The notes beneath the pieces are model-generated. The model did no database searches. It had not been told where the DNA came from and saw only the letters and a program-made list of their open reading frames with translations. Made by a program: the position numbers and the translations under genes. Shown piece after piece: positions 59,471 through 64,000 of a stretch of 64,000 nucleotides of DNA. The first letter of the stretch is position 1. The number at the start of each line of letters is the position of its first letter. Location of the stretch: sequence record NC_048046.1; one strand, 5' to 3'.

Positions 59471-60823
59471 ATGACCTCGCAACTCTGCATCGCCGACGAA
59501 AACGCCGCCCTGGATTTCCTGGCGCGCGCCGTCCCCGCCCTCTGTGACGCCGGCATTATGCCGCCGACGCTGGATATTCTGGATTCGCTCGCCGCCAACC
59601 CGAACGCGTACGGTCTTAGCCGCGTCCCGGCCCTGGCGCCGCTCGCCGCCGAATGGGCCGGACCGTATCAGACGCAAGCGAATGACGGCGAAGGTCCGAC
59701 CACGGTCCGGGCGCTGATCGTCGCCGCGCTGGGCGCCGATGAGTCCGGCAACTTCGATATCGGGTTCCGCACCTACGCCGTGAACGACTCGGAACACTGG
59801 AATCTTGCCGGGACTCCTCTGGAGGGCGTGCCGGCCTATAGCCTGTATCTGATCCGCGAAGGCGAGCAAACTTACATGTGCTCGCTCACGCCATCGAGCT
59901 ACGCCTATGGGATTCAGAACGTGTTCCTCTATCCCGATCAAGACGGCTTGCCGGCTGTCAATGAATACGGGCAAACGGCGGTTGAAGCGTATATGGACGC
60001 CGAAAACCCCGAATATGAGGGCGTCGAAGATACCTATTTCGGGTATATGGGCGACCGCGCCGCATTCGACCGCCGCGAAGCCGAAGAGGGCGACGTTTCA
60101 GAGCGCCTTAGCTTCGATAAGTCGGTTTTCCGTGTGGACCTCTCCACGCTGGACGGGTTCGCCGCGTCGCCGGCCAATCCCCGCGAAACGACCGCGTTCG
60201 CCGACTTCGAAACCCTCGCCGCCGCCTTCTACAAGGCCGCGTGCGACTCGGCTTGGGAGGACGCGAAGGAATACGTTAGCGGCAACGCTACCGAACCGCG
60301 CATTTTAACGGGTTGTTAAGAAATAGCCTGTAGGTTCTCCCCATGGGCGGCGGATCGGCCGCCGCCCGACCGGAGCGCCAGACATGGCTATCTCGACCGC
60401 CGCCCTTAACGCTCACGTCGCCGAAGTGGCGGAATGTGAGTCCGACCTGAACGAAGCCTTTGAGGCTTTCGACCGGGGCGAAGCGCCCGACCGTGGCGAC
60501 TGCGATTATGCGTTTCTGAAGCTGGAAACGGCGGAAATGCACCTCGCGCAATTCCTGGCGCCGGTCTTGGCGTCGCCGATCTTTGTTCACGCCTAGGAGG
60601 GCCTGACATGTCCAAGCGTCCTGACTTCACCGGCCGGCTTCCCGTCCGCGACGACGTGCAAACGGTGACGTGTCACCGCCCGCCGACGCGCTCGGAAATC
60701 AACTTCGGCCACGGCGCGACGCATTACCGGGATTTCCCGGTTGCGGCCGTGTGCTGGGCGGGAACCCGGTTCAAGAAAACGTGGTTCGTCGCTGACGACG
60801 GGCTTCGCTACTACACGTCTTAA
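59471..60823 (+). CDS. cassette genes (59471-60319, 60384-60596, 60608-60823)
   Basis: Boxes 59400 and 60305, leaders A and B, RBS. Confidence 0.7.
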
Positions 60824-60900
60824 CCTCTTGTTAAGAAATAGGCCCTATGGTCTATTTCGAGGGCGGCGGATCGGCCGCCGCCCGAACCGGAGTAGACGCG

Positions 60901-61332
60901 ATGTCCGCCCGCTTTCAAACCGCCGCCGCCGCCCGTCAATTCATGCTCGGCGGTAACGCCGTGGTCACGCTGCAAAGCGAAAAGACCGGCGCGCGCTTCA
61001 CCTACAAAATCAAGGCCGCCCCTGACGGTGCGGTGTCGTTCGTTAAGCTCCTGACGGGTCAGGACAACGAATCGGATTACGCCTATATCGGGTTGATCCG
61101 GGGCGCTCAATTCGCCCGGACGGCTAAGGCTCGCGTCACCGCCGACGCCCCTAGCGTCAAGGCCCTGGAATGGGCCTGGAAGGCGCTAAGCGCGGATCGC
61201 TTGCCCGATACCCTGGCGATCTTCCATGAGGGCCGTTGCGGGCGCTGCAATCGCCTCCTGACGGTCCCCGAGTCCATCGAGTCGGGCTTCGGCCCGGAAT
61301 GCGCCGGCCGCGTCCTGCGCCAAGCCGCCTAA
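60901..61332 (+). CDS. DUF6011-like Zn-finger protein
   Basis: C-terminal HEGRCGRCNRLLTVPESIESGFGPEC; box 60820, leader family B. Confidence 0.75.
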   Translation: MSARFQTAAAARQFMLGGNAVVTLQSEKTGARFTYKIKAAPDGAVSFVKLLTGQDNESDYAYIGLIRGAQFARTAKARVTADAPSVKALEWAWKALSADRLPDTLAIFHEGRCGRCNRLLTVPESIESGFGPECAGRVLRQAA

Positions 61333-61378
61333 CCTCAACGGGCGGGCCTCGCGCCCGCCCAAGCCCTGGAGTCCTGCC

Positions 61379-63844
61379 GTGGCCTATTATCCGCCCGTCA
61401 AAGGTCAAGTTCACCGTTTCCGCGACTCGGTCGCCCTGTACGTCGGGACCGGCGAGACGGTTTACGTTTCCGCCGCCGACGCTCGCAAGATCGCCCGCGC
61501 CCTGAACAAGGCCGCCAAGTCCTGCACCTCGGAGCCGTTCGCCCAAAGCTCCGGCCTGACGTTCTCGTTTTCGTTCGCGGACGGTCGGGAAAAAGACCTT
61601 CCGCGTTAACTTGTTGTTAAGAAATGCCGTCTAGGGTGACGGCATGGGGCGGTGGATCGGCCGTCGCCCTAGCCTGGAGCGAAAGCCCATGACCAAGACC
61701 AAGCGCCCCGCCGGCTACTACTCGAAAGCCGCCCGCGAAGCCCGCGCCCTGGCTCGCCAGCGCCGCGCCGCCGCCCGCCTCAACTGGTCGGACGAAAAGC
61801 GCCACAAGATGGCGACCAAGTCCGCCAAGTTCTTCGCCAAACACGCGGCCCGCGCCGCCCTGGCGGGGAACGAGAAAGAAACCCGCCGCCTATCGGTTCA
61901 CATGACCCGATTCGACAACGTGCGCCGCATGGTCGGCGCCGTGTTGGCGGTCCGCGCCGCTCGCTTCCGCATCGAGGCCGCCGCGTAAGGCGGCCTCACA
62001 ACCCCTAGAAAGGACACCTCTTGAAACACGCCTCCGAAGCGCTCGCCGTCGTCGCCGTGTGCGGACTCCTGGCCTTTTGGCTCTGGAATGACTCGCATCC
62101 GGTCATGGTCGCCGTGGGCCTGGACTGTCAGGGCGAAACCGTCCGCGTCTACGGCGCCGACGACGCCCCGGAAGCCTCCAAGGTCTGCCGGACCGTGGAA
62201 ATCCACAAGGTCCCCTAGAAAGTTCGGCCTCTTAACCTCTTGTTAAGAAATGGCCTCTAGGGTGACTACATGGGCGGCGGATCGGCCGCCGCCCGAACCG
62301 GGAAAATCAAGATGACCCGTCAAGCTAAGCCCTTCGCTCACCTGAAGCCCAAGACCGGCGAAACCAAGGCGCAAGCCTTGATCCGACTCGGTGATTTCTC
62401 GCGCTTCGGCATTATGGCCCAACTGCTGATCATGGAAGCTCTCGGCCGCAAGTTCGGCGCTATCGAGTACGGCCCCCGTGATACGAACATGGGCAAGCTC
62501 AAGCAATTCCTGAAGGCCGCCCCGAACGACACCGTTGCGGCCGTGGAAGAGTACGCCGGCGCCGTCGCCGCTATGGGCCTGGAAAAGGTCCGCGAACAAT
62601 TCAAGGGCGGCGCGGGCGCGCTGATCCACCCCGACTCCTGGCATGGCGTGGCGGTGGAAATCAAAACCGCCCTCGACGCCGCCAAGGCCTAACCCTTCCC
62701 CTGTAGAGCGTACCGGGGCGGCGGATCGGCCGCCGCCCAAACCCCTAGGACTGGAGTCCTTCACATGTCCCGTTCGTTCCGTCACTCCGCCGCCTTCGAA
62801 GATACCCGCGCCGAATTCGCCGCCCGGAAGAACGCCCGCGAAAGCCGCCGCCGCGAATTCGAATCCATGGGATTCGATAACGCCGACGCCCTGGCCGTGC
62901 GCCGCTTCCATCGCCCCTACAAGGGCCGGAATCGGTCGGTCCTGGACATCGAAGCCTAGGCCCGGAAACGGCCCTTCTAGAGCCCCTACAGAAGGCCCGC
63001 CCTAATCGGCGGGCCTTTACTGTTTGGTAAGACCTTCCCCGCTAGAGTGTGTGCATGGACAAGCCCGCTCTCTTCGAAGTCACCACGCGCCACGCCGACG
63101 GATCGGCTACCCGTGGGATCGTCCCCGCCGCTCTGGTCAAGACGGCCTATGCGCAAGCGCTGCGCAAGGCCTGGAAGGCTAAGGCGGGCGACCTCGTGAC
63201 CGTGCTCCCCTACGGGGTGGCCCTGCCGAATACCCCTGCCCAAAGCGAAAGGCTTTTCTCGCTTTAACCTTTTGTTAAGAAATGGCCTGTAGGGTACACC
63301 CATAGGCAACCCCTGGAGCTACCCCCGATGACCCTGCATCACACCCTCATGGAAGCCCTGGACACGGCCCAGATGAACGGCGCTACGGTCGACCCCCTGC
63401 ATGCGGACATCCGCCGCGCCCTGCGCCTTGCCCAGATGGCGGGCGCTACGCTGGACACCCCGGAAGAGGTGGCCGCCGCTGTGCTGCGCATGAAGGTTGC
63501 GCAGTCGATGAACCGCCGTCGCAAGGCCTAGGAAGAAAGGCGTTCGCGTTTACCTCTTGTTAAGAAATAGGGGGTAATGTCTCTACATGGGCGGCGGACA
63601 TCCCCGCCGCCCGAACCTCGGAGCCCCTGCCATGTTCCCCCGTAACGTCGCCATCGCCGAAGCTGCTCAGTTCTCGCAAGTGTCCATGGCGGACTATCGC
63701 GAGCATGTCGCCGAAGAGCGTCACGCCATGCGCGCGAAGCTGGCGAAGCGAGCCAAGCTCAAGGCGGACATCAAGGCGGGCGCGTTCGCCTTCGCCCTGG
63801 CCTTCGTGGCTGCTGGCGTGGTTCTCGCTCTGGGCGTGTTCTAG
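61379..63844 (+). CDS. cassette genes (61379-61609, 61689-61988, 62021-62218, 62312-62692, 62765-62959, 63049-63267, 63328-63531, 63632-63844)
   Basis: Boxes 61606, 62232, 63016, 63264, 63549; leaders; (CCT)GGAG RBS. Confidence 0.7.
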
Positions 63845-64000
63845 GGGGAGGGGTCGCCCTCGGCGCGAGTCGAGGGTACCTAAAAGAATCCATCTCGACC
63901 CCTTGACAAAATCGACGGGCCGGGGGAGGGTCTTGTTTCAAAATGGGACGGCCAGGGACCCAAGGCCACCCTCCCTCGTTAACCATTTTTCCGGGGCGCC

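Larger units (their letters stand above)
47530..63563. promoter_or_regulatory. array of CtrA-consensus boxes (TTAA-N7-TTAA) overlapping cassette promoters
   Basis: Perfect (14): 48555, 49063, 51293, 51794, 52306, 54568, 56206, 58815, 59400, 60305, 60820, 61606, 62232, 63264. One mismatch (11): 47530, 48589, 49586, 49620, 50306, 50806, 51661, 53612, 54534, 55238, 63549. Two mismatches: 63016. Context is typically TTGTTAAGAAATA-N4-5-(G/C)TA(G/A)GGT. Confidence 0.9.

Noticed and set aside
49061-63278. Integron attC array (RYYYAAC containing stop codons, GTT core)
   Set aside because: The half-sites are only 7 bp apart with no 57-141-bp attC hairpin, the GTTRRRY consensus is not met (GTTAAGA), and no IntI is in the window.
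47530-63563. CRISPR array
   Set aside because: The repeats are about 15-30 bp but irregularly spaced by whole genes (hundreds of bp), not by uniform 30-40-bp spacers, and no cas genes are present.

Overview
This window is a 64-kb segment of a GC-rich tailed dsDNA phage genome. It is most likely a phiCbK-like jumbo siphophage of Caulobacter/Brevundimonas-type hosts; this is inferred from the TerS/TerL module, the gene-size profile and the dense CtrA consensus boxes. Layout: (i) 0.1-37.3 kb holds about 90 short, mostly hypothetical genes in alternating-strand blocks. It includes a lone tRNA-Arg(UCU), NadE-like, methyltransferase, cupin, 2OG-oxygenase-like and XRE genes, and nine copies of one phage promoter motif. 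(ii) 37.3-39.7 kb has two repeat-rich non-coding zones around a 419-aa gene. (iii) 39.8-45.6 kb is a packaging module: a RuvC-like resolvase, TerS, and TerL with a 333-aa Pro-initiated intein. (iv) 45.6-47.5 kb is a non-coding stretch built from several repeat families, probably a genome end or packaging region. (v) 47.5-64 kb is an array of small gene cassettes, most fronted by a TTAA-N7-TTAA (CtrA consensus) promoter, a shared leader hairpin and an RBS. Best leads: two tandem tRNA-shaped genes (7051-7326, 7339-7588), each split at the same anticodon-arm position by a different 200/173-nt folded insert that lacks group I hallmarks; a four-copy, covarying ~70-nt structured RNA with its own CtrA-box promoter; signs that the CtrA boxes act as cassette junctions; and two GANTC-containing AAAYGTGACTC clusters about 12 kb apart that may bracket a long terminal repeat. 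All coordinates were read by eye and no searches were run, so family calls come from motif recognition only.
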